Shown one piece after another: positions 9,435 to 17,097 of a stretch of 37,314 nt of DNA (positions within the stretch are counted from its first letter, which is position 1; each line of letters opens with the position of its first letter). The notes under the pieces are model-generated. The model had not been told where the DNA came from, did no database searches, and saw only the letters and a program-made list of their open reading frames with translations. Source of the DNA: a virus; IMG/VR virus record IMGVR_UViG_3300006056_000014, positions 1-37,314 of that record. One strand, given 5' to 3'. Made by a program: the position numbers and the translations under genes.

Positions 9435-9821
9435 ATGAGAGCAGCGCAAATTGCAAACGGGGTCGTGGTCAACGTGGTCATCGTTGATGCGATCGATGAC
9501 TTGCCCGATCTGGTCATGATCTCTGATGAATACTGGATCGGCGACCTGTACGCGGACGGAGTGTTTTCCAAGCCTGTCGAATCCATCCAAGTGCCGACGT
9601 CGGTGACCCGTCGGCAGATGAAGCTGGCCCTGCTGCAGCAGGATCTGCTCAGTACGGTCGAAGCCGCCGTCGAGGCATCGAACGACATGGCGCTCAAGAT
9701 CAACTGGTTCGATGCGCTGGATTTTCAGCGCGACAACCCGTTTGTGATTCAGATGGCTGCGCTGCTTGGTAAGAGTGACGACGATCTCGATCAGATATTC
9801 GTGCTCGCCGCATCTCTCTGA
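9435..9821 (+). CDS. Hypothetical protein (tail-fibre-adjacent)
   Basis: 128 aa ORF with an AGGGGG RBS and a clean acidic composition. Confidence 0.55.
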   Translation: MRAAQIANGVVVNVVIVDAIDDLPDLVMISDEYWIGDLYADGVFSKPVESIQVPTSVTRRQMKLALLQQDLLSTVEAAVEASNDMALKINWFDALDFQRDNPFVIQMAALLGKSDDDLDQIFVLAASL

Positions 9822-9848
9822 CCAAAAAAACCAAGAAAGGAAAACAGC

Positions 9849-10205
9849 ATGCCGGAACCGCACTCAACAACCATCGGCATCGCGGTCGGTGCCGGCATCG
9901 GTCTGACCGGGACGGTCATGGGCGCCCAGGTCGATGCGCTGATCATCGGCCTGGTCGCGGCGATCCTGATCAGCTTCTGGCTGCCGACGATTGATGACCG
10001 GAAGAAGGCCGCCGCCTCGGTGGCCATGTCCTCGTTGCTGGCTGGCTATGGTTCTCCGGTCGCCGCCGCCTGGCTGGCGGCCGATCAGGCGTCGTTCAGC
10101 AACGGAAGCCCGTTGCGCCTGCTGCTGGCCATCGCCATCGGCTCGGCCACGCCAACGCTGGTGCCGGTAATCCTGGGCTGGGCAAAACGCAAGGTGGAGG
10201 CCTGA
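9849..10205 (+). CDS. Holin-like membrane protein
   Basis: 118 aa with 3-4 hydrophobic helices, an AAGGAAA RBS, located just upstream of the endolysin. Confidence 0.55.
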   Translation: MPEPHSTTIGIAVGAGIGLTGTVMGAQVDALIIGLVAAILISFWLPTIDDRKKAAASVAMSSLLAGYGSPVAAAWLAADQASFSNGSPLRLLLAIAIGSATPTLVPVILGWAKRKVEA

Positions 10206-10207
10206 TC

Positions 10208-10450
10208 ATGCTTGAGACGCTTCTCTGTGGCTTGGCCACGCTGGTTGTGTTCTGGAAGCTGATCGGCGTCGTTGGGTCGATCAACATTCATGCTTTCGAT
10301 GGTCATCCGTGGCAGTTCATCGGCCTGGCTTGTCATTGGGCGCTGGTCTGTGCCGGATCGCTGGCCACCTTGCTCGGCCTGTCGATCGGCGGGGCAATGC
10401 TGGTGGTTGGCATGGCCATGATGATTCTGTCTGATCGGAGGTCGAGATGA
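10208..10450 (+). CDS. Second small membrane protein (holin/antiholin candidate)
   Basis: 80 aa with 2-3 TM segments. Its stop overlaps the endolysin start. Confidence 0.5.
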   Translation: MLETLLCGLATLVVFWKLIGVVGSINIHAFDGHPWQFIGLACHWALVCAGSLATLLGLSIGGAMLVVGMAMMILSDRRSR

Positions 10451-10992
10451 TCACCCGCGAACAACTCCTGGCCATCATGCCGCACGCCGGGGCGCGTGCC
10501 GATCGCTGGCTTGAGCCGTTGAATGCGGCGATGGCCGAGTTCGGCATCGATACCCAGCGCCGTATCTCGGCCTTCCTGGCGCAGGTGGCGCACGAATCCG
10601 GCGAGCTGCGCTACACCGTCGAAATCGCCAGCGGCGCTGCCTACGACACTGGCCGCCTGGCGGCGCGCCTGGGCAACACACCGGAAGCCGATGGCGACGG
10701 GCAAAAGTACAAGGGCAGGGGGCTGATCCAGATCACCGGCCGCCACAACTACCGGCAGGCCTCGCTGGCACTGTTCAACGACACGACGACACTGCTCGAG
10801 CATCCCGAGCTGCTCGAAGAGCCGGTGCTGGCCGCGCGCTCTGCGGCATGGTTCTGGTGGTCGAATGGCCTGAACACCGTCGCCGACTGCCCGAACAGCT
10901 TCCAGGTGATCACCCGCCGCATCAATGGCGGCCTGAACGGCTACCCGGAGCGGCTGGCCTACTTCGACCGGGCGCAGCGGGTGATGGCATGA
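10447..10992 (+). CDS. Endolysin, glycoside hydrolase family 19 (chitinase-like lysozyme)
   Basis: FLAQVAHESGELRY...YKGRGLIQITGRHNY...AAWFWWSNGLN...ITRRINGGLNG are canonical GH19 motifs. Confidence 0.9.
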   Translation: MITREQLLAIMPHAGARADRWLEPLNAAMAEFGIDTQRRISAFLAQVAHESGELRYTVEIASGAAYDTGRLAARLGNTPEADGDGQKYKGRGLIQITGRHNYRQASLALFNDTTTLLEHPELLEEPVLAARSAAWFWWSNGLNTVADCPNSFQVITRRINGGLNGYPERLAYFDRAQRVMA

Positions 10993-11471
10993 GCCTGCTC
11001 AACCTGATCCCCGCCGAATATCGGCTGATCGCCAAGCTAGGCGGGCTGCTCGCGCTCGTCGCCGGGCTGATGATCGGCTACTACTGGCTGACCAGCTATC
11101 ACGAGCGCATCGGCTACCAGCACGCGGTCGACGTGATGACCCGGCAGGCGCTGGCTGCCGAGCAGGCCGCCCGCGCTAAAGAGCAATCCATCAACGAAAA
11201 GATCAGAAAGGCCGAACAAGATGCTGCCGACCGTGAAAAACGCCATCGCGCTGAGCTGGCTATTGCTGAGTCTCGCTATATCCGGATGCGCGACGACTTT
11301 GCCGAACTCCGCAACCGACTGCCCGGCCTTTCCGCCGCCGCCTGCGCTGCGACAGCCGATGCCGCCCTCGACGTATTCCAGCAGTGCGCAGATGAATATC
11401 GAGCGCTGGCACAAGCGGCTGACGGACACGGCGAAGATGCCCGAAAATTGATCGAGTCATGGCCGAAGTGA
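10989..11471 (+). CDS. i-spanin (Rz-like)
   Basis: ATGA overlap with the endolysin. N-terminal TM (LIAKLGGLLALVAGLMIGYYWL) followed by a coiled-coil periplasmic domain. Confidence 0.8.
   Translation: MSLLNLIPAEYRLIAKLGGLLALVAGLMIGYYWLTSYHERIGYQHAVDVMTRQALAAEQAARAKEQSINEKIRKAEQDAADREKRHRAELAIAESRYIRMRDDFAELRNRLPGLSAAACAATADAALDVFQQCADEYRALAQAADGHGEDARKLIESWPK
11221..11451 (+). CDS. o-spanin (Rz1-like), fully embedded in the i-spanin gene in the +1 frame
   Basis: Signal peptide plus lipobox LAISG|C, then a Pro-rich mature part (CPAFPPPPALRQPMPPS). Confidence 0.75.
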   Translation: MLPTVKNAIALSWLLLSLAISGCATTLPNSATDCPAFPPPPALRQPMPPSTYSSSAQMNIERWHKRLTDTAKMPEN

Positions 11472-11731
11472 TGGAAAACTGCCTGACCTACGCCCTGCGC
11501 ACATGGCGGATGGGCCGGCCATCCGATCACCTGGTGATCCGCCGCAGCCACTGGGGCTGGTTCCCGCACTTCGCGGTCGTTTTTGAGATGGAAAACGGCG
11601 ACTTGGAGAAGCGCGAATATGTCCCGATCAAGCCCAGGCCGCGCTGGCTGCCGCTGCTGTTCTTCAAGGGCGTCGAGAAAATCACCTACTACCGGAGGTC
11701 GTATGTCATCGACGGACGCACAAATCATTGA
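11459..11731 (+). CDS. Hypothetical protein (alternative start at ATG 11471)
   Basis: 90 aa ORF that directly follows the spanins with coding-like composition. Confidence 0.45.
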   Translation: MAEVMENCLTYALRTWRMGRPSDHLVIRRSHWGWFPHFAVVFEMENGDLEKREYVPIKPRPRWLPLLFFKGVEKITYYRRSYVIDGRTNH

Positions 11732-11855
11732 CCTGGCGGAGTGGAAGGCGGCGCATCCGCCGGCACTGCGTTGCTGGAATGCGGCGGTCAGATGCTGGTG
11801 GAACTGGGCGTCGTTGGCCTGGTATCCGTGGCAAAAAGTCTTCTACAAAAAATAA
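11703..11855 (+). CDS. Small Trp-rich hypothetical protein
   Basis: GGAGG RBS then ATG 11703: MSSTDAQIIDLAEWKAAHPPALRCWNAAVRCWWNWASLAWYPWQKVFYKK. Confidence 0.35.
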   Translation: MSSTDAQIIDLAEWKAAHPPALRCWNAAVRCWWNWASLAWYPWQKVFYKK

Positions 11856-11893
11856 ACGGCCGCGCAACCACGCGGATTTCAAGCGCTATTATT

Positions 11894-11919
11894 TCGGCTA
11901 TTCGGATTTTCGTGTGGAA
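11894..11919. repeat. Left arm of a 26-bp imperfect inverted repeat that brackets the methyltransferase-like gene
   Basis: tcggctattcggattttcgtgtggaa versus the reverse complement of 12572-12597, tcggctattcggaaaatcgtgtggaa (23/26 identical). Confidence 0.8.
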
Positions 11920-11936
11920 TGGAAAATTCCATGTTG

Positions 11937-12566
11937 CTACGCACAATAGATTCCTCCGTTGCTGCGTCGAGCCAGTCGCAGCAGTTCGTCACGAAATTCC
12001 AAGGGCGTGGCGTTCGCCTCTCTCTTGCCGAGGGTCGGCTTATTCGCAGCCTTCCCTCGTTGGTCTGGAAAACCAATCTGGTGCGTTCCTTCCTGTCGCT
12101 CCCACCGCAGTTCAAAAGGCGGGGTCGTGCCGCAGTAGTAGAGCCATGTCGCTTTGTTCGCCCGGTGTCCGTATGCGCTCTGCCAAACCTCGCACACCCA
12201 ACCGCGATCGATGGTCATCTGCCAGCCAATGGCTTCCGGAGCGGCCAGTCCGTGCGCGTTCCATGCCTTGGTCTTCGCCGGGTGTTCGAGAACCCCGCCA
12301 AAACGCCGCACGCTATCTAGGGCGGCAGCAAAGCATCCGCCGTCGTTCCCAGGCTTGTTGTGGTCGCCGCCCCATCTGGTGTAGTTCACTACCGCCATTG
12401 CTCCCCACAACTGGCACGGCGGATGCGCAACAACTGGCATTGGCCCTGCATAAAGTCTCGCGTCTCTATGTTCCGGCCATGCATCAACATCAGGCAGCCC
12501 GGAATAGCACCCATCTGCCTGCACAAACAATGCCGCCAGAACATGGTTATTTGTGCGTTGCATCAT
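11937..12566 (-). CDS. C5 cytosine DNA methyltransferase-like protein (small phage type, no clear motif I)
   Basis: VVAHPPCQLWG (PCQ, motif IV-like), GGVLEHPAKT (ENV-like) and a C-terminal ATPLEFRDELLRLA. No FxGxG SAM loop is recognisable. Confidence 0.45.
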   Translation of the reverse strand: MMQRTNNHVLAALFVQADGCYSGLPDVDAWPEHRDARLYAGPMPVVAHPPCQLWGAMAVVNYTRWGGDHNKPGNDGGCFAAALDSVRRFGGVLEHPAKTKAWNAHGLAAPEAIGWQMTIDRGWVCEVWQSAYGHRANKATWLYYCGTTPPFELRWERQEGTHQIGFPDQRGKAANKPTLGKREANATPLEFRDELLRLARRSNGGIYCA

Positions 12567-13107
12567 TCAATTTCCACACGATTTTCCGAATAGCCGATTT
12601 TCCGGAGAGCCGTTTTTTCAACGTCTCAAGCGCAGATTTGTAGCTTTCCTTGGCGGCTTTCTTGGTTGGCTTCCAGTCGCCGGCGACTTCCGGGTAGATG
12701 GACCACGATACGGACAGGTCACGGCGGAACATTCGGTACTCGCGGGTGCTTCCATATCCGCGCGTCTCGTAAATCGGCTTGTTGATACCCAGGAACTGAG
12801 CGAACGAGTCGAAGCAGTCGCCAATGCACAGGTATTCCTCAAACTTGGTGCGCTTCGGGGCCGGCGGCAAATGTTCGATGGCGTAGGCCCGGCCGGCTTC
12901 GCTGCAGACAAAGGTGATATCGCCATCGGCACAGAAGGCCGGAGTCGGAACGCGCTTCATCAAGCCCGCAGACTCCAGCGCTTCGAGGTCGGCCTGGCTA
13001 TGGTGGCCGGGGCCGGCCAGGTAGTAGTTGCGATACGACTCGCGGTGATCCGGGCGCAGGCCCAGCGTGTGATGAAGAACGTGCAGCATGCTGTCGGTGA
13101 TGGTCAC
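12547..13107 (-). CDS. Hypothetical protein
   Basis: 186 aa with good coding composition, translationally coupled to both neighbours. Confidence 0.6.
   Translation of the reverse strand: MTITDSMLHVLHHTLGLRPDHRESYRNYYLAGPGHHSQADLEALESAGLMKRVPTPAFCADGDITFVCSEAGRAYAIEHLPPAPKRTKFEEYLCIGDCFDSFAQFLGINKPIYETRGYGSTREYRMFRRDLSVSWSIYPEVAGDWKPTKKAAKESYKSALETLKKRLSGKSAIRKIVWKLNDATHK
12572..12597. repeat. Right arm of the 26-bp inverted repeat (partner of 11894-11919)
   Basis: Same alignment as for the 11894-11919 arm. It lies inside the 3' end of the 186-aa ORF, 6 nt upstream of the methyltransferase-like ATG. Confidence 0.8.
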
Positions 13108-13427
13108 GGATCCACCTCTTCACCAAGGCTGCCAGCCGGGAAGAAAACGAGGGCCGGGACAGCGGTTTCAGTTTTGGCCGATTTTTCGGCCTGACCGTAG
13201 CATTCATCCTCGGCATCCCGATCCGGGAAGCCTTCCAGCGGCAGGTACATGACCATGTTTTCGGACAGGCAGGCACGGTGCATGGGCGTGATGTGCGGCC
13301 TGTCATGGCGCAGGGTGACGTGCCGGGCGCAGTTGTCGGCTTGAAAGCAGGTGTCGCCTTCATAGAGGCCGTGGGCGAGGCAGCGCTGATAGTCAGCAGG
13401 AAGCGGCAGTGGCATTGGTTTTTGCAT
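13104..13427 (-). CDS. Cys/His-rich hypothetical protein
   Basis: The internal ATG at 13427 gives MQKPMPLPLPADYQRCLAHGLYEGDTCFQADNCARH... (107 aa). The upstream part of the listed 190-aa ORF is the out-of-frame shadow of the RT gene. Confidence 0.5.
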   Translation of the reverse strand: MQKPMPLPLPADYQRCLAHGLYEGDTCFQADNCARHVTLRHDRPHITPMHRACLSENMVMYLPLEGFPDRDAEDECYGQAEKSAKTETAVPALVFFPAGSLGEEVDP

Positions 13428-14544
13428 GGCTTTTCCGGTAGGTCTTGGAGAGGTCTGATTTGATGCTGTGGCCGCGCTGGCGCAGGGTGTTGGCGAGCGT
13501 GGCGCGGTCGTGATGGCTGTGTGATGCCTGACGCAGCAGGCCGAAGTAGCTGTTGGCGGTTTCGAACAGATCCTCGGCCGGCAGGCTGCGGGTACGGATG
13601 ATGGCGTCGTTGAAGGTGCGGCGGCGCAGGGTGCGGCGATGGGGCTTGATGACCTGGCCGACGAAGTCGATGCCACGGTCGATGGGCTGCAGGATGGTTT
13701 TCTTGGGGTTGATACGGGCGGCCAGCACCTTTTCGAGCATGTCCTCGATATGGTCCTTGGCGTCGTTTAGCCATTGCGGCGATTGGTGAAGCAGTACGAA
13801 GTCGTCGACGTAGCGGATGTAGTGCCGGCAGTGCAGTTCGTGCTTGACGAATTGGTCGAGCACGTCGAGATAGACGTTGGCGAAGAACTGGCTGCTTAGG
13901 TTTCCGATCGGAAGGCCCATGTGGGCTGGCTGGTTGGTCAGTCGCTTGTGCGGCGGGACCAGGGCGAGTTGTTGTGGATCGCCGTGCAGTTCGTAGTTTT
14001 GCCGCGGGTCGTGGAATAGCACGGCCTCGGTGAGCTGCAGCCACCAGTGCTCGTGGATGTGGCGGGCGAGCAGGCGCTGCAGGATGCGCTTGTCGATACT
14101 GACGAAGAAGTTGGCGAGATCGAGCTTCAGGTAGAAGGCTGGCTTGGTCCAGTTCTGGGTGATGCTGCGCACCTTGGCTTCGAGCCGTTCGGCGGCGTAG
14201 AGCGTGCCGCGACCTGGAATGCAGGCGCAGCTGTCGGCGATGAAGCGGGCGTAGAAGCGCGGGGCGATGTGGTTGTGCAGCAGGTGGTGCACGATGCGGT
14301 CGCGGAACTGGCCGGCCCAGACTTCGCGGGCCTTGGGGCGGGTGATGACGAAACAGATGGAGCGGCCGGGCTGGTAGCTGCCGTCTTCGAGTTCGTCGTG
14401 AAGGTCGCGCAGGTTGTTTTCCAGGTTGGCTTCGAAGGCCAGCGCACTGGCGCTGTTGCGCTTTGTGCGTCGGCAATCGAAGTAGGCCTGGGTCAGTTCG
14501 GTGAAGGTGAAGTCAGCGGGGGCTTTCCAATCTGCGGACGGCAC
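13393..14544 (-). CDS. DGR reverse transcriptase (start uncertain: GTG 14544 or 14550, or upstream ATGs up to 14793)
   Basis: LPIGNLSSQFFANVYL, YIRYVDDFVLL (YxDD box) and a GIDFVGQVI thumb region. The gene is adjacent to the TR and Avd. Confidence 0.92.
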   Translation of the reverse strand: MPSADWKAPADFTFTELTQAYFDCRRTKRNSASALAFEANLENNLRDLHDELEDGSYQPGRSICFVITRPKAREVWAGQFRDRIVHHLLHNHIAPRFYARFIADSCACIPGRGTLYAAERLEAKVRSITQNWTKPAFYLKLDLANFFVSIDKRILQRLLARHIHEHWWLQLTEAVLFHDPRQNYELHGDPQQLALVPPHKRLTNQPAHMGLPIGNLSSQFFANVYLDVLDQFVKHELHCRHYIRYVDDFVLLHQSPQWLNDAKDHIEDMLEKVLAARINPKKTILQPIDRGIDFVGQVIKPHRRTLRRRTFNDAIIRTRSLPAEDLFETANSYFGLLRQASHSHHDRATLANTLRQRGHSIKSDLSKTYRKSHAKTNATAASC

Positions 14545-14625
14545 GAGCACGGAGCTCGTTGTTCTTGTGGTTGTTGTTCTGGTTGCCGTTGTTGAAGTTC
14601 TGATACCAAGCCCAGCCGGACTCGG
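14528..14625 (-). repeat. DGR template repeat (TR), 98 nt
   Basis: On the minus strand it encodes ESGWAWYQNFNNGNQNNNHKNNELRARAVRRL with nine AAC codons. It is the adenine-bearing master copy of the three VRs. Confidence 0.93.
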
Positions 14626-14767
14626 CCCCATCGTGCTTTCTACGTCGCCCTGCCGACTGTTCAGCGGGGAAACTGCGCCGGACCTTTCCTGCGTGCGGCA
14701 GGAGGTCTCCGTGGTGCGCATGTCGGTGGCCTCGTGAGCCAGCGGCACGACCAGATTGAATGTGCGC

Positions 14768-15142
14768 TCAGTCATGGCGGCCTTGGCCTCCATGAAGCGG
14801 GCGCGACGCGGATTTGCGCCACCCGTTGGCCTGCTTCCCGATGCTGGTGGTAAGTTCGATGGCCTGGGCGTAGGCTGCCTTGCTGATCAGGCGCTTGTCC
14901 ATGGACAGGCGCAGCATCAGTTCGGCGACCTGCAGGCGCTCGACCAGTTCCAGAAGATGGGGTGCCTTGTCCTGGGCGACGTTGGCCCGGAAGATCAGCA
15001 CCGTGATTTCGATGCACTCGGTGCTGATCTTGTCGCCGATTGATCGCTTGAAGTCTCGCTGCATGTTCTTGACGAGACTGGTCACGACATCGAGCAGGTC
15101 GTAGGCGACCTTGTAGATGGGAAGATTGGTATGGGTGGCCAT
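14768..15142 (-). CDS. avd: Accessory variability determinant (Avd), four-helix-bundle protein
   Basis: 124 aa with LPIYKVAYDLLDVV...IGKQANGWRK, typical of the Avd/23S-IVS protein family. The gene order is target-avd-TR-RT. Confidence 0.88.
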   Translation of the reverse strand: MATHTNLPIYKVAYDLLDVVTSLVKNMQRDFKRSIGDKISTECIEITVLIFRANVAQDKAPHLLELVERLQVAELMLRLSMDKRLISKAAYAQAIELTTSIGKQANGWRKSASRPLHGGQGRHD

Positions 15143-15160
15143 GCTGACTAAATGACTGAA

Positions 15161-15640
15161 TTACTCAATGATCAATCTGCGGACGGCACGAGCACGGAGA
15201 TCGTAGTCCTCGTGGTAGCGGTCCTGGTGGCCGAGGACGAAGTCCTGACACCAAGCCCAGCCGGACTCGGATTCGTGGGCTTCGCAGGACCAGTACCAGC
15301 GGACTTCGAATTGATCCTTGAGGTTGGCGTAGAGCAGGGATTGCTCGCGGCGGGTGGGCAGGCTTGCAACGTATTCGCCACCTTGTTTGGCGGCCCATTC
15401 CATGGCTTTGTCCCAGGTGATGTCGTCCGCCTGGCTGGGGAGCAGCACCAGGTGATGGCTCGGCTCGCCATCCTTGCCGACGATCAGTCCGGCGTAGTGC
15501 TCGCCGGGGAGTAGATGGATGGTGACTTCCGGGAAGTAGAACTCGGCTGCAGGCTGGTTGGCCTGGGCCTCGAAGGTGGCGATCTTGGCGGCTAGTGCAT
15601 CGGCATCGGACTTGATCGATTCAAGCGTTATGGGGGTCAT
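15161..15640 (-). CDS. DGR variable protein 1 (DUF1566/C-type-lectin-like) with a 45-aa N-terminal extension
   Basis: 159 aa. The C-terminus ...WYWSCEAHESESGWAWCQDFVLGHQDRYHEDYDLRARAVRRLIIE is encoded by VR1. Confidence 0.9.
   Translation of the reverse strand: MTPITLESIKSDADALAAKIATFEAQANQPAAEFYFPEVTIHLLPGEHYAGLIVGKDGEPSHHLVLLPSQADDITWDKAMEWAAKQGGEYVASLPTRREQSLLYANLKDQFEVRWYWSCEAHESESGWAWCQDFVLGHQDRYHEDYDLRARAVRRLIIE
15173..15270 (-). repeat. DGR variable repeat VR1
   Basis: Ungapped 98-nt match to the TR. There are 14 differences at TR adenines and one G-to-T change (plus-strand position 15200). Confidence 0.95.
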
Positions 15641-15664
15641 AGCGTCCTCGAAATGACTGAATGA

Positions 15665-16024
15665 TTAAATAGGCAATCTGCGGACGGCACGAGCACGGAG
15701 CTCGTCGTCCTTGAGGGTGTCGTGCTGGAGGCCGATGCCGAAGCTCTGATACCAAGCCCAGCCGGACTCGGTGTGGTGAGTCTCATTGCTCCAGTACCAG
15801 TCTTTTTGAAACTGGTCGCGGTGGTTGGCCCACAGCATGGCTTGCTCGACGCGGGTCGGCAGATCGCCGCCGATGCTCTTTGCCCAGTCCATCTTGGCTT
15901 GCCAGGTGGCGGCGTCGTTGTCGCCGGGCAGCAGGATGACGTGATAGATGTCGCCTGCTGTGTCGCCGATGGCGCCGACGTAGATCTCGCCTTCGGCGAG
16001 CGGGGGGAGTTGAAGTTGTTGCAT
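15665..16024 (-). CDS. DGR variable protein 2 (single DUF1566-like domain)
   Basis: 119 aa. ...ATWQAKMDWAKSIGGDLPTRVEQAMLWAN...TESGWAWYQSFGIGLQHDTLKDDELRARAVRRLPI. Confidence 0.9.
   Translation of the reverse strand: MQQLQLPPLAEGEIYVGAIGDTAGDIYHVILLPGDNDAATWQAKMDWAKSIGGDLPTRVEQAMLWANHRDQFQKDWYWSNETHHTESGWAWYQSFGIGLQHDTLKDDELRARAVRRLPI
15674..15771 (-). repeat. DGR variable repeat VR2
   Basis: Ungapped 98-nt match to the TR, with 12 differences, all at TR adenines. Confidence 0.95.
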
Positions 16025-16038
16025 GGGGGCTCCTGTGG

Positions 16039-16629
16039 TTAAAGTTTGTTCCAGTGCTGCGTGGTGCGTACTTCGTGAATGACCGTGGCGAAGGCGACGG
16101 CAACCTGGTCGTTGTCGACCAGCGATTTGACGGCTGCGTGTTTCATGGCGTCGGCCTCGTTCTCAAAAATCAGGTAGCTGTCGGCGACGATGTAGCGTTG
16201 GCGGATCGGTTGGTCAGAGGCCGGCTCGGCGGGGGTTTCGTCCCGCTTTGCCGCCTCAATGACTGTTGCCTTGCCCTCGGCCCGAGGTGTTGCTTGCCCG
16301 ACGGGCTTAGCCGATGCTCGGCTGCGGCTGTTATTGGCCTCACCTGCCGCTGGGGTCTCGCTGGGTTGCTTCTTTGGTTTGCTGGGTTCTTCCTGAACTT
16401 CAGGGCGCTTCGACTCTTCTTCGTGGTGGCGTCGACCTTTCGGCGTGATCTGCCAAGCCAGTTCGTGGCGGCTGCTGTCCTCGACCTGCTTGATCTGGCC
16501 GGCGTTCTTCATCGCATTGCACGTCCAGCGCAGCTTGTTGCGCGGGATCTTGGTAGCGCGCTCAAGGTCGTCGTAGGTGCTGGTGCCAAGCTTGACCAGC
16601 GCTTCCAGGATTGATTGAACTTGAGTCAT
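16039..16629 (-). CDS. Winged-helix-like DNA-binding protein with a disordered linker and a C-terminal domain
   Basis: 196 aa. The N-terminus ILEALVKLGTSTYDDLERATKIPRNKLRWTCNAMKNAGQIKQV looks like a wHTH, followed by a P/E/K/A-rich linker. Confidence 0.55.
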   Translation of the reverse strand: MTQVQSILEALVKLGTSTYDDLERATKIPRNKLRWTCNAMKNAGQIKQVEDSSRHELAWQITPKGRRHHEEESKRPEVQEEPSKPKKQPSETPAAGEANNSRSRASAKPVGQATPRAEGKATVIEAAKRDETPAEPASDQPIRQRYIVADSYLIFENEADAMKHAAVKSLVDNDQVAVAFATVIHEVRTTQHWNKL

Positions 16630-16636
16630 GCTTGCC

Positions 16637-16909
16637 TCAGTAAGAGCGGGGAGCTGGGTCAGGTAGGCGGCGGTCGATCATGTCGGCCGAGCGGGTATCG
16701 AGCCATTCGTTCCGGCGCCTGTTGGCGTCGTCGCGGGCTGCGTGGGCGGCGAGCAGCTGGTGAACGGTGGCGGCGATCTCGGCGTTGAGCGTCTTCTCGG
16801 CGTTGATCAGATCGGAGAGCATTTGCTCAAGGTCCTCGATGTGCTGCTCGTGCGACTTGACCTGCAGGCCAAACAAGTTGGCGTAGATCCAGTTGATCAG
16901 GCGGCGCAT
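16637..16909 (-). CDS. Hypothetical coiled-coil protein
   Basis: GGAGG RBS 7 nt before ATG 16909: MRRLINWIYANLFGLQVKSHEQHIEDLEQ... (90 aa). Confidence 0.55.
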   Translation of the reverse strand: MRRLINWIYANLFGLQVKSHEQHIEDLEQMLSDLINAEKTLNAEIAATVHQLLAAHAARDDANRRRNEWLDTRSADMIDRRLPDPAPRSY

Positions 16910-17097
16910 GGGATGTCCTCCAGTTGGGCGGACGTCGGGCTCTTGACCTTGACGGCAATCTTGGTCCAGCCGGCGGGAACAATTGGGCTGACAACGGTTC
17001 GTTGGCCGTTGCTGATGATGTGCATGCCGCGGGCCTTGGCGGCCTGGGCCACTTCGTCGAGCAGGGCGTCTTCGCTGAAGATAAGGGCGGTGATCAT
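16897..17097 (-). CDS. Hypothetical protein
   Basis: 66 aa, overlaps both neighbours (translational coupling). Confidence 0.45.
   Translation of the reverse strand: MITALIFSEDALLDEVAQAAKARGMHIISNGQRTVVSPIVPAGWTKIAVKVKSPTSAQLEDIPCAA

Noticed and set aside
11741-12643. 300-aa plus-strand ORF across the methyltransferase-like locus
   Set aside because: It is Ser/Arg/Pro-rich with no motifs. The minus-strand frame contains PPCQ and ENV-like motifs and is coupled to its neighbours.
12998-14476. 492-aa minus-strand ORF, the longest in this region
   Set aside because: It is Arg/Pro/Ala/His-rich junk with no motifs. It is an out-of-frame shadow of the RT gene in a GC-rich genome, and the RT frame (13393-14544) carries the real motifs.
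13393-14793. RT considered as a retron, group II intron or Abi-type RT
   Set aside because: There is no intron RNA domain context and no msr/msd-like inverted repeats. The presence of Avd plus TR/VR with A-specific mutagenesis, and the IGxxxSQ motif, point to a DGR RT.
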